From positions 845,489 to 909,488 of the forward strand of contig CAWFKW010000003.1 in assembly GCA_963816535.1 (NCBI GenBank): 64,000 nucleotides of DNA, read 5' to 3'. Position numbers and translations under genes: made by a program. Position 1 is the first letter of the stretch. Every line of letters begins with the position of its first letter. The notes below the pieces were generated by a model that had not been told where the DNA came from, ran no database searches, and was given only the letters and a program-made list of their open reading frames with translations. Below, in pieces: positions 15,746 through 24,840 of this stretch. The DNA comes from an uncultured Ignavibacteria bacterium (GTDB lineage Bacteria; Bacteroidota; Ignavibacteria; Tepidaquicellales; OLB5).

Positions 15746-17102
15746 TGTTAAGCGCTTCTATTTCAAGAGGCGTGTTCATTTTTGTAATCTTGTCTTTTGG
15801 CAGAAACACGAGAAACTTTGCATCGCCTACTCCGTTAGGCTCGACCTTAATATCATTACCTATCACCTTTATCTCGCCCTCGATACCGATCAGCTTCAGC
15901 GATATATCAGCGTCGTCAAACGTTTTATTCACAAGCTTGATGCTGTAAAGATTGCTGAGCTTTCCGCCCGGCTGCTCCTGGAACAGCATACCCGGACTTC
16001 TGAGTATGGTTACATCGATCGGCTTACGGTTCGAAACAAGTATTGTTAAAACCGTCAGCAGTAAAACAAGCACAATCGAGTATCCAATTACCCTGGCTGA
16101 AATTTTGAATTTTGTACGCGTCTTGATCTGTTCAGACGAGGCAAACTTGATCAGGCCGCGCGGAAATCCTACCTTATCCATAACAACATCGCATGCGTCT
16201 ATACACGCGGTACAGTTAACGCATTCAAGCTGGGTGCCGTTGCGGATATCTATGCCTGTCGGGCAGACTGAAACGCATTCGGCGCAATCGACGCAATCGC
16301 CAAGCTCGCGCTCCGTATTTTTTTTAATCCTGCCGCGGGGCTCTCCGCGAACATTATCATATGCTATTACAAGCGATTTCTGGTCCAGCAGAACGCCCTG
16401 CAGGCGCCCGTATGGGCAAACCAATATACATGCCTGCTCTCTGAACCACGCGAACACAAAATAAAATGCGCCTGAAAATAAAAGCATTGCAGTAAATCCG
16501 CCTTTATGCAATGCAACAGGTTCTGTAATTATTTTAAACAGGTCGTCGGTTCCTATTATCCATGCAAGAAAAGTATTGGCAATTATTACAGAGAGCGCAA
16601 AGAATATGCTCCACTTAAATCCTTTCTTAAAAATTTTGCCGCCTGACCACGGGGCGGCGTTAAGCCGTTTCTGACTAAGGTAATCCCCTTCGATCCAGTA
16701 TTCAATTTTTCTGAACACCATTTCAAGGAATACCGTTTGCGGGCAGACCCACCCGCAGAATATCCTGCCGAATATGACAGTGAACAAAATAATAAAAACA
16801 ATGAACGAAATTACCGCAAGCGCGAACAGGTAAAAATCATGCGGCCCGAAAGCAAGACCGAACAGAATAAATTTCCTGTCAACAATATTGAACATCATAA
16901 ACGGGTGGCCCGCTATTTTGATAAGCGGAGTAACAAACAGGATAGCGAGCAGCAGGACGCTGAAACATGTGCGCGCATTATAGAATTTTCCCTTTGGTTT
17001 CTTCGCATATATCCAGTTTCGCTTGCCCTCTTTAGTAACTATGCCGAGTGAGTCCCTGAATTTTTGCTCAGATTCCGGTATGTCTTTTGCGTTCATATGC
17101 AT
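15693..17102 (-). CDS. ccoG: cytochrome c oxidase accessory protein CcoG/FixG (4Fe-4S)
   Basis: TM segments plus CVDCAECVSVCP and CVNCTACIDACD ferredoxin motifs. It lies downstream of ccoP. Confidence 0.9.
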   Translation of the reverse strand: MHMNAKDIPESEQKFRDSLGIVTKEGKRNWIYAKKPKGKFYNARTCFSVLLLAILFVTPLIKIAGHPFMMFNIVDRKFILFGLAFGPHDFYLFALAVISFIVFIILFTVIFGRIFCGWVCPQTVFLEMVFRKIEYWIEGDYLSQKRLNAAPWSGGKIFKKGFKWSIFFALSVIIANTFLAWIIGTDDLFKIITEPVALHKGGFTAMLLFSGAFYFVFAWFREQACILVCPYGRLQGVLLDQKSLVIAYDNVRGEPRGRIKKNTERELGDCVDCAECVSVCPTGIDIRNGTQLECVNCTACIDACDVVMDKVGFPRGLIKFASSEQIKTRTKFKISARVIGYSIVLVLLLTVLTILVSNRKPIDVTILRSPGMLFQEQPGGKLSNLYSIKLVNKTFDDADISLKLIGIEGEIKVIGNDIKVEPNGVGDAKFLVFLPKDKITKMNTPLEIEALNNGVEIGKFKTTFLGAVK

Positions 17103-17104
17103 AA

Positions 17105-18043
17105 TTACTTTATAGCTTTCTTTGTAGTATCAACTTTTGAACTGTCGCTCTTATTCATATTTGTCTTTAAAGAATCGCCGGCGGTTTTTGTCTGCGTACT
17201 GTCAACCCAAAGCTGCCCCTCCGGCGGTTTGGCGTTGGGCGGGTTAGAACCATGCAATGAGATAACATAGCTTGCGACTTCCTGTATTTTCTTGGGATTC
17301 AGCTGGTTCTGCCAGGTTATCATACCCTTGGCAGGCACGCCGTATTTAATCGTAGTGAAAATGTTCTTTATTCCGCCGCCGTGTATCCAGTAATCGTCGG
17401 TTAAATTAGGCCCCACAATACCGCCCGCATTGGGCCCGTGGCACGGCACGCAATTTGTCATGAATGTGTTCTTGCCGTTTTCCAGAGAGGCGGGGTCGGT
17501 GAGCAGAGTCACAGTATTTTCGTTAATAAAAGCGCCTGTCCTGATAAGCTCTTCTCTTTGCTGCTGGGCGATCCTTATTTCATCTGCATATTCTTCGCCC
17601 ATTAGTTTACCAACGCCAAACACATGGTAAGAAAAGAAATATATAAAGGCAAATACAATTGTTCCGATGAACAGGAAATTATACCATGGCGGAATTTTGT
17701 TATCAAGCTCCCTGATGCCGTCGAAGTCATGGTCAAGCAGAATATCCTCTTCCGCCTCGACCGGCACAGCCTGCGTTATCCGCTGCCTGAATTTCTTAAA
17801 AGCGGATACTTTCTTTGTCTTTCTTTCATATGAATATTTATATTTCGGGGTTGAAAGAACAAAGAAAAGAATAAACAGAAATGCAACAAGCAGGAACACT
17901 ATAGCGCCCGCAAGTTTTGAGTAATCTTCCATGCTTTGCTCGGCTCCCGGCGGATGAGCATATTGAGCAAGTACAGCGCCGCGCTGCACCAAAATGAACG
18001 CCAATATTATCAATCCTGATTTAAGATATTTAAATAAGCTCAT
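17105..18043 (-). CDS. ccoP: cbb3-type cytochrome c oxidase subunit III (CcoP), single CxxCH seen
   Basis: FixP_N motif DHDFDGIRELDNKIPPWYNFLF and haem motif CVPCHG. Confidence 0.85.
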   Translation of the reverse strand: MSLFKYLKSGLIILAFILVQRGAVLAQYAHPPGAEQSMEDYSKLAGAIVFLLVAFLFILFFVLSTPKYKYSYERKTKKVSAFKKFRQRITQAVPVEAEEDILLDHDFDGIRELDNKIPPWYNFLFIGTIVFAFIYFFSYHVFGVGKLMGEEYADEIRIAQQQREELIRTGAFINENTVTLLTDPASLENGKNTFMTNCVPCHGPNAGGIVGPNLTDDYWIHGGGIKNIFTTIKYGVPAKGMITWQNQLNPKKIQEVASYVISLHGSNPPNAKPPEGQLWVDSTQTKTAGDSLKTNMNKSDSSKVDTTKKAIK

Positions 18044-18237
18044 AGAGTTTTTCCCTCCGCGGGTTCTTTATAAAAATTATCATCTTCAATCGGCATTTCG
18101 CTCATCTTCTTCAGATGGCTCTTATCAGCCTTCATCATCCAAATAAGTATGCCTGAAAAGAACAGAACAAAAATTATCAGGGATACAATCGGATATGTTG
18201 CAATACCGTCAATAGCTTCTATTACGTTCTGTTCCAT
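18040..18237 (-). CDS. ccoQ: CcoQ-like small membrane subunit
   Basis: 65-aa single-TM ORF starting at the ATG at 18237 (MEQNVIEAIDGIATYPIVSLIIFVLFFSGILIW). Its ATGA overlaps ccoP. Confidence 0.6.
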   Translation of the reverse strand: MEQNVIEAIDGIATYPIVSLIIFVLFFSGILIWMMKADKSHLKKMSEMPIEDDNFYKEPAEGKTL

Positions 18238-18238
18238 A

Positions 18239-20407
18239 TTATTTACCCCCCTTATTCTCTGCCGGCTTATTCTCAGCCGGTTTATTATCTGCGGGAACAT
18301 CGCCTTTTATATCTGTTCCCAGCCTTTGCAGGTAAGCAATCAGCGCGATAATTTCTTTGTTCTCATCCACAGCTGCGCCGTTTTTCTGAAGGTCCTTTGC
18401 TATGTCTTCCGCCTGCTTAACAAGGTCCTGGTTTGCCGATTCTTCATAACCCAACGGATACGGAACGCCAAGCGACCTCATTACAGATATCTTCTTTGCC
18501 GTTGTTGAAATATCCAGGTCCTGTGTGAACAGCCACGGGTAGCGAGGCATGATCGAACCCGGGGATATCTGCCTCGGGTCATCCATATGGAGGAAATGCC
18601 ATACGTTTGGATATTTCTTTCCTACTCGGTGCAGGTCAGGGCCCGTTCGCTTAGAACCCCACAGGAACGGATGGTCGTAAACAAACTCGCCCGCTTTCGA
18701 GTATTCGCCGTAACGCTCGGTCTCTGACCTGAACGGCCTTATCATCTGCGAATGGCAGTTGTTGCAGCCCTCTCTTATATAAATGTCGCGTCCCTGCAGT
18801 TCAAGCGGCGAGTACGGCTTAACGCTTGATATAGTTGGGATGTTTGATTTCACAAGGAAAGTAGGTATCATTTCAACCAGTCCGCCGACCAGCACAACTA
18901 CTGCGGCGAGAACAGTAAACTGCACCGGCCTTTTTTCGAGCCACCTGTGCCTCTTGCCGCCCGACATCCTGTCGTTAATTATTTCACGCGGAGGCGCTTC
19001 GGCGGCTTCGTTCGCTTCCATGCTCCCCTGTTTTGCCGTCTTTATTAAATTATAAACAGCCATTAATGCGCCCGTAAAATAAAGCGAACCGCCGATAGCT
19101 CTCATCAGGTACATCGGAATGATCTGGGTGGTCGTTTCAAGAAAATTAGGATACTGAAGAATTCCTTCCGGAGTAAACTGTTTCCACATAAGAGACTGAG
19201 TTATACCAGACCAGTACATTGAAGTGGCGTAAATGATTATACCCAGCGTGCCTATCCAGAAATGCGCGTTGGCCATTTTCTTTGAATATAAATTTGTGCG
19301 GAACATTTTCGGAAACAGCCAGTAAAGCATGCCGAATATCATGAATCCGTTCCATCCCAGCGCGCCGATGTGAACGTGCGCAATTATCCAGTCTGTGAAG
19401 TGGGCGATTGCATTTACGTTCTTAAGAGAAAGCATCGGGCCCTCGAACGTAGCCATACCGTATGCCGTAACCGCCACAACCATAAATTTTAAAACGGGGT
19501 CTTCGCGCACCCTGTCCCACGCGCCGCGCAGCGTCAGCAGGCCGTTTATCATACCTCCCCATGAAGGCGCTATAAGCATAATTGAAAATACCGTTCCAAG
19601 CGATTGAGCCCAGTCAGGGAGCGCCGAATACAGCAGGTGATGCGGCCCCGCCCAGATGTATATAAATATCAGAGACCAGAAGTGAACAATCGATAACTTA
19701 TACGAAAATATTGGGCGGTTAGCCGCTTTAGGAAGAAAATAATACATCAAACCCAGGTAAGGAGTGGTGAGGAAAAATGCCACCGCATTATGACCATACC
19801 ACCACTGAACAAGCGCATCCTGCACGCCCGCATAAACAGGGTAGCTTTTAAACAAGGTAACGGGAACTTCTATAGAATTAACTATGTGCAGCACGGCAAC
19901 CGTTATTACGGTCGCGATGTAAAACCAGATCGCAACATACATATGCTTCTCGCGGCGCTTTACGATAGTCCCAAAAAAGTTGATGGCAAAAATAACCCAC
20001 ACCAGCGCAATAAGTATATCGATGGGCCACTCGAGCTCTGCATATTCTTTACTGGTAGTAATACCTAAAGGAAGGGTCAATGCCGCACATAGAATTATGA
20101 ACTGCCAGCCCCAGAAATGGAGCTTGCTTAAAAGATCGCTGAACATCCTTGCTTTGCAAAGCCTTTGCAATGAATAATATATACCCATGAACATGGCGTT
20201 GCCTACAAATGCGAAAATCACCGCATTGGTGTGCAGCGGCCTTATTCGTCCGAAGGTCGTATACTGAATATCAAAATTCAATACAGGATTAAATATCTGG
20301 AATGCGATAAGAACGCCAACAAGCATACCCACAACACCCCACACAAGGGTGGCTATGGCAAAATCCCTCACAATCTTATTATCGTAACTGAATTTTTCCA
20401 TCTCCAT
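18239..20407 (-). CDS. ccoNO: fused cbb3-type cytochrome c oxidase subunits I and II (CcoN-CcoO)
   Basis: 722 aa. The haem-copper subunit I core has conserved His residues, and the C-terminal CcoO part carries CNNCHSQMIRP. Confidence 0.95.
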   Translation of the reverse strand: MEMEKFSYDNKIVRDFAIATLVWGVVGMLVGVLIAFQIFNPVLNFDIQYTTFGRIRPLHTNAVIFAFVGNAMFMGIYYSLQRLCKARMFSDLLSKLHFWGWQFIILCAALTLPLGITTSKEYAELEWPIDILIALVWVIFAINFFGTIVKRREKHMYVAIWFYIATVITVAVLHIVNSIEVPVTLFKSYPVYAGVQDALVQWWYGHNAVAFFLTTPYLGLMYYFLPKAANRPIFSYKLSIVHFWSLIFIYIWAGPHHLLYSALPDWAQSLGTVFSIMLIAPSWGGMINGLLTLRGAWDRVREDPVLKFMVVAVTAYGMATFEGPMLSLKNVNAIAHFTDWIIAHVHIGALGWNGFMIFGMLYWLFPKMFRTNLYSKKMANAHFWIGTLGIIIYATSMYWSGITQSLMWKQFTPEGILQYPNFLETTTQIIPMYLMRAIGGSLYFTGALMAVYNLIKTAKQGSMEANEAAEAPPREIINDRMSGGKRHRWLEKRPVQFTVLAAVVVLVGGLVEMIPTFLVKSNIPTISSVKPYSPLELQGRDIYIREGCNNCHSQMIRPFRSETERYGEYSKAGEFVYDHPFLWGSKRTGPDLHRVGKKYPNVWHFLHMDDPRQISPGSIMPRYPWLFTQDLDISTTAKKISVMRSLGVPYPLGYEESANQDLVKQAEDIAKDLQKNGAAVDENKEIIALIAYLQRLGTDIKGDVPADNKPAENKPAENKGGK

Positions 20408-20424
20408 AAATTCGTTTCTCCTTT

Positions 20425-21630
20425 TTAATTAATGATGTTTATTTCTTTCAAACACTTTTTAATTCTTCCACAGGCGATTGCAATGTCGTTATCCAGTCCT
20501 ATCGAAAATCTAACGAGTCCGCTTGAGAGTCCCATTTCTTTTTGCTCATCTTCAGGAATTTCAGAAGAAGTGCTGTGCCCGGGGGCGCTGAACAACGTCT
20601 TAAAGTACCCAAGGCTCACAGCCAGGTATCCGACTTTTTCTTCCTGCATTCTGGTCATCAGCTTACAGGCATTTTCATATGTGCCTGCGTCAATCGCCAT
20701 CATGCCGCCGTAACCAAAATCATCGTTCATCATGGTCCTGAGCAGCTTGTGCTGGCGGTGAGACCGCAGCCCCGGGTAATACACTTTTACGCCGAGCTTT
20801 TCAAACTTTTCAGCAAGCGCCATCGCGTTTGCGCCGTGTTTTCTTATTCTTACGTGCAGGCTGTGCAGGTTTTTCAAAATGCTTGCGGCGCGGAAGCTAT
20901 CAAGCACGGGCCCTAACAGCATGCTTGTTCCGGAATTAATATCGTTTAGCTGATGGATGAAATCTGCAGTCGAGCATACGCAGCCTGCGACGCAATCGCT
21001 TGTGCCGTTAATGTATTTTGTCATGGAGTGGATCACTATATCCGCACCGAGCCGGTGAGGAGAAAGAATCATCGGGCTGAAAGTGTTATCTATGACAAGT
21101 TTAACATCATGCTTCTTCGCAATTTTGCTTATTGCCGGAATATCCGCAACATCCAGCAGAGGGTTGCTGATTGATTCGCCGTAGATCGCTTTTGTTTTTG
21201 AAGTTATGGCCTTTTCAATCGCGGCAGGATTTGTAAAATCTACAAACTTAACTGTGATATTATAACGCGGCAGCAGGTTCTTGAACAATGCGTAAGTCCC
21301 GCCGTAGATTGTCCGGCTTGAAACAATTTCGTCGCCTGAGCCGCACAGCTGGAGTATTGTGCAGCTTATCGCGCCCATACCTGAGCCAAACACCTGCGCA
21401 AGCTCAGTGTCTTCCAGCCTTGCGAGCGCTTCAGACAAAAATTTATTTATCGGGTTCCAGTGGCGCGAGTAAAGAAAACACCCTTCTATTTCATGCGAGA
21501 ATATTTCGTCCATTTTGTCCGGATTCATGAACGTGAAAGTGGATGAATCCGTTATAGAGGGGTTTACATCTCCAAACTCCCCGAACACGAGATAATCGTG
21601 TATACTGGTGCTGGGGTCGAACTTCTGCAT
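20425..21630 (-). CDS. Cys/Met-metabolism PLP-dependent enzyme (methionine gamma-lyase / O-acetylhomoserine sulfhydrylase family)
   Basis: 401 aa with the PLP-lysine region IVIHSMTKYINGTSD and family-wide similarity along its length. Confidence 0.85.
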   Translation of the reverse strand: MQKFDPSTSIHDYLVFGEFGDVNPSITDSSTFTFMNPDKMDEIFSHEIEGCFLYSRHWNPINKFLSEALARLEDTELAQVFGSGMGAISCTILQLCGSGDEIVSSRTIYGGTYALFKNLLPRYNITVKFVDFTNPAAIEKAITSKTKAIYGESISNPLLDVADIPAISKIAKKHDVKLVIDNTFSPMILSPHRLGADIVIHSMTKYINGTSDCVAGCVCSTADFIHQLNDINSGTSMLLGPVLDSFRAASILKNLHSLHVRIRKHGANAMALAEKFEKLGVKVYYPGLRSHRQHKLLRTMMNDDFGYGGMMAIDAGTYENACKLMTRMQEEKVGYLAVSLGYFKTLFSAPGHSTSSEIPEDEQKEMGLSSGLVRFSIGLDNDIAIACGRIKKCLKEINIIN

Positions 21631-21806
21631 TACAGGTCAACCTCCTTGCCTTTTTGTTTAACAGTTTCTGTATCATCGAAAAGAATTCTAACAGAAGGCG
21701 TGTAACGGTCGTCGAACTGGCCGCTTTTAACAGCCCAGATAAATCCCCATAAAAATGTGCCCGCAACAAGCAGACTGAAAAAGATCAAAATAATAATTAC
21801 GCTCAT
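21630..21806 (-). CDS. ccoS: cbb3 oxidase maturation protein CcoS
   Basis: Hand-translated 58-aa ORF MSVIIILIFFSLLVAGTFLWGFIWAVKSGQFDDRYTPSVRILFDD..., missing from the ORF track because it is under 60 aa. Its TAA overlaps the next ATG as TAATG. Confidence 0.85.
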   Translation of the reverse strand: MSVIIILIFFSLLVAGTFLWGFIWAVKSGQFDDRYTPSVRILFDDTETVKQKGKEVDL

Positions 21807-21819
21807 AATTACATTCTCC

Positions 21820-24249
21820 TTATAAATTTTTTTTCCAGGCCATTATGTTGGTAGAAAGCGCCGTAAACAAAACAACGGTCACGGAACTAAGGGGCATAAG
21901 TATGGCCGCCATTAACGGCGATACCGAACCGCGGAACGCCAGGCTTACCCCTGTAATGTTATATAAAATTGAAATAATAAAACTCATTATAATTATTTTT
22001 TTTGCGGTTCGCGCAAAGCCCAACAGTTCGTCAAACCTGCTGAAAGCAGAGGCGTCCAGAATAGCGTCAGAAGAGGGCGTGAAGCCTGCAATATCTTCTG
22101 AAACCGCGATGCCAACGTCGCTTTGTTTCAGGGCGCCGGCATCGTTAAGCCCGTCGCCTATCATCAGCGTTTTCATTCCCTTTTGCTGAAGCGACTCTAT
22201 ATATCCAAGCTTATCCTGCGGCGACTGGTTAAAGAGCATTAACGAATCCCCGCCAAAGTAATTCAGAAGGTTGTCTCTTTCGCCGCTGTTATCGCCTGAG
22301 ACTACAGAAATATCATATTTGCCTTTCAGGGCTGAGGCAAGGCTCCCAAGTCCGTCGCGGTAGACGTTATTAAGCGAGAAGAAACCCTTAATGCTCCCGT
22401 CTATAGACAAAAATATTTTAGTCATATCAGAGCCACCGGACTTCTTATCATACTTCAGAATATTATTCTTATCTGCAGCATACAGGGCTGAGCCCATCCT
22501 GACAAGCTTACCGTCAATCACTCCCTCGATGCCCTTGCTCACAGCTTCCTTAAACGACTTAACTTCAAAAAGACCTTCCTCGCCGATCGCTTCATATATC
22601 CTTCCGCTCAGAGGGTGAGTAGAGTTTCTTACCAGCGATTTAACAAGTTTCTGTTCATATGAACTCAGCACAGAACCGTTGAAGGCAATCTTTGCGGCGC
22701 CCGTCCGGGTTATGGTTCCCGTTTTATCAAAAACAACGGCGTCTATACCCGACATTCGTTCCACCACAGACGTGTTTTTCACATATAGTTTATTTCTGCC
22801 TAATATACGCATGGCGTTGCCAAGCGCAAAGGGCCCGGTGAGCGCAATACCGCAGGGGCAGGCGACTATTAAAACGGCGGTGAACGCGTTAATTGCGGTT
22901 CTCATATCCACAGGCAGCCAGTAAATGAAAGCGGCGGCGGCGGTAAGCAAAACAATGACGGTGAAATATTTTCCTACGACATTTACCATCGAGTTAAACC
23001 TGTTCTCATCTTTCTTCACAAAAACATCGCTGTTCCACAATTGAGTTAGGTAGCTCTGCGGGACCGTTCTTATAACCTCAAGCTCAACGGCGCCGCCTCT
23101 CTGCCTTCCGCCTGCATATATAATTTCGCCGGCTACTTTGGACACCGGCTCCGATTCGCCGGTTACAAAACTATAGTCGATATTTGCCCTTGAAGAAAAC
23201 AAGATCGCGTCGGCGGGAACAAGCTCGCCGTTCCTGATAATTATCCGCGCCCCTATGCTGAGGTTTGAAACAGGAACGCTTTTTTCGGAATTATTTTTCT
23301 TTACAGTGACCGAGATAGGAAAATATGATTTATAGTTACGCTCGAAGTTAAGCGCGTCGTATGTTTTGCTCTGGAACAGCTTGCCTGCGAGCAGGAAGAA
23401 CACGAGCCCGCTCATCGAATCAAAAAAACCGGGCCCGGCGCCTGTCGCAATTTCAAATACGCTTCTTATGAATAATACACCGAGCCCCAGCGAAATTGGA
23501 AAATCTATATTTATATTCCTTTGTTTAATTCCAAGGAAAGCGGATTTAAAATAATCGGAGGCGCTGTATATTATTACCGGAAGAGCAAGAACGATGCTGA
23601 GAGCGCCAAAAAAAGACCTGAACAGGCTTTCAACATATCCTCCCAGCGAAAGATACTGCGGAAAGCTCATAAGCATTATGTTGCCGAAACAAAACCCTGC
23701 AACGCCGATCCTGTAATATAATTTCCGGTTGGAATGGTATTTAACTTTGGTTTCAGCGTCGCTTAAATTTATACGGGGCTCATACCCGACTGACACAAGC
23801 GTCTCAACAACTGACCGCAGAGTGATTTCTGCAGGGTTGAAACGGATACGTAAGCTTTTTTGCATGAAGTTAACTTCTGAGTGGATAATGCCTCCGTTAA
23901 GCTTGTGGAGGTTTTCCAGCAGCCAAATACATGAGCTGCAATGGATCTGCGGTATGTGGAAGCTGGCAGCTGAGAACTTGCCGTCTGAAAAATCAAGAAG
24001 CTGACTTATTACCTGCGGGTCATCAAGATATTCGTAACGCGGTTTTAGTTCGGCAGGCGCTTTTTTGAGCGAAGGTCCGGGATTTTTTTCGAAAGCATAG
24101 TATTGGCAAAGGTTATTTTCATTTAGAATTTCATAGACCATGCGGCAGCCCTGGCAGCAGAACTGCTTTTCGCCTATAAAAATGCGCTGTTCATTGCAAA
24201 TTTCTCCGCAATGATAGCATTTTACCCCTTCCTTTAGTAAAAGCTCCAT
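21820..24249 (-). CDS. ccoI: heavy-metal (Cu) translocating P-type ATPase CcoI/FixI
   Basis: CPCGIAL, DKTGTIT and GDGLNDA motifs, plus N-terminal Cys-rich metal-binding segments. Confidence 0.9.
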   Translation of the reverse strand: MELLLKEGVKCYHCGEICNEQRIFIGEKQFCCQGCRMVYEILNENNLCQYYAFEKNPGPSLKKAPAELKPRYEYLDDPQVISQLLDFSDGKFSAASFHIPQIHCSSCIWLLENLHKLNGGIIHSEVNFMQKSLRIRFNPAEITLRSVVETLVSVGYEPRINLSDAETKVKYHSNRKLYYRIGVAGFCFGNIMLMSFPQYLSLGGYVESLFRSFFGALSIVLALPVIIYSASDYFKSAFLGIKQRNINIDFPISLGLGVLFIRSVFEIATGAGPGFFDSMSGLVFFLLAGKLFQSKTYDALNFERNYKSYFPISVTVKKNNSEKSVPVSNLSIGARIIIRNGELVPADAILFSSRANIDYSFVTGESEPVSKVAGEIIYAGGRQRGGAVELEVIRTVPQSYLTQLWNSDVFVKKDENRFNSMVNVVGKYFTVIVLLTAAAAFIYWLPVDMRTAINAFTAVLIVACPCGIALTGPFALGNAMRILGRNKLYVKNTSVVERMSGIDAVVFDKTGTITRTGAAKIAFNGSVLSSYEQKLVKSLVRNSTHPLSGRIYEAIGEEGLFEVKSFKEAVSKGIEGVIDGKLVRMGSALYAADKNNILKYDKKSGGSDMTKIFLSIDGSIKGFFSLNNVYRDGLGSLASALKGKYDISVVSGDNSGERDNLLNYFGGDSLMLFNQSPQDKLGYIESLQQKGMKTLMIGDGLNDAGALKQSDVGIAVSEDIAGFTPSSDAILDASAFSRFDELLGFARTAKKIIIMSFIISILYNITGVSLAFRGSVSPLMAAILMPLSSVTVVLFTALSTNIMAWKKNL

Positions 24250-24269
24250 TTTCTAACTTATGTTCGTTC

Positions 24270-24277
24270 CAAAAATA
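24270..24277 (-). promoter_or_regulatory. -7 box TATTTTTG (minus strand) for the ccoI operon
   Basis: CAAAAATA on the plus strand, 21 nt upstream of the ccoI ATG. Matches TAnnTTTG. Confidence 0.3.
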
Positions 24278-24299
24278 GCTTTTTGATTAAAATTACCAT

Positions 24300-24335
24300 A
24301 TGATAACTATCATTTTGAAACATGATATTTATCAT
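24300..24335. promoter_or_regulatory. two FNR/CRP-type boxes, ATGATA-AC-TATCAT (24300-24313) and ATGATA-TT-TATCAT (24322-24335)
   Basis: Perfect palindromes with the core TGAT-N4-ATCA, 22 bp apart centre to centre, just upstream of the ccoI -7 box. Confidence 0.45.
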
Positions 24336-24840
24336 ATTCCGGAAATAGCTAATAGCTGAAAAAACAATGATTCAATAAAAGAAGCGGCAGGCATTTGACC
24401 TGCCGCTAATATGAGGTAAAATGAGGATACAGGAGGAAAACTGGATATGCCCGGGTAATTCTTTTTAAAAACTGATCTAAAGCGACTGATTTGATCTGCT
24501 TTCATATGTACTGTAAAGCAAAAAACTGTATTGTCTCTCATCCTGAAAGTGAATGAAATCGCCGTTTGGCATAAACACCCAGCAGAAATCAGCTTTAACG
24601 CTCATGATTTTTGCGTTTATTTTTTCCTTAAGTAATTCGTTTTTCTTTTCCATTTTAGTATTAGATTTAATTAATGAATAACTTCTGCACAAAGTTATTT
24701 CTTTACCTTACGGCTGTTCTTACAGGAACATTACAAGCTCATCAGAATTATCGAAAGCAATACTTAATTCAAATAAAATTGCATATTTTCCATGATTCCA
24801 GGAAAAATAAATCAGATTAAATTAGGGTTTTTGCATAAAA

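Noticed and set aside
15328-15948. 206-aa plus-strand ORF (and the overlapping 143-aa ORF 15618-16049) with internally repeated peptide GGGWVERYCYFTAPKNEVLN...
   Set aside because: It is a translation of the 167-bp tandem DNA repeat. It has no RBS or start context, overlaps the ccoG 3' end antisense, and its periodicity is that of the DNA repeat.
24332-24692. Small minus-strand ORFs (69 and 71 aa) between ccoI and the STAND regulator
   Set aside because: No RBS, motif or conservation can be judged. A 58-aa version starting at MEKKNELL (24653) is conceivable, but the evidence is too weak to call.
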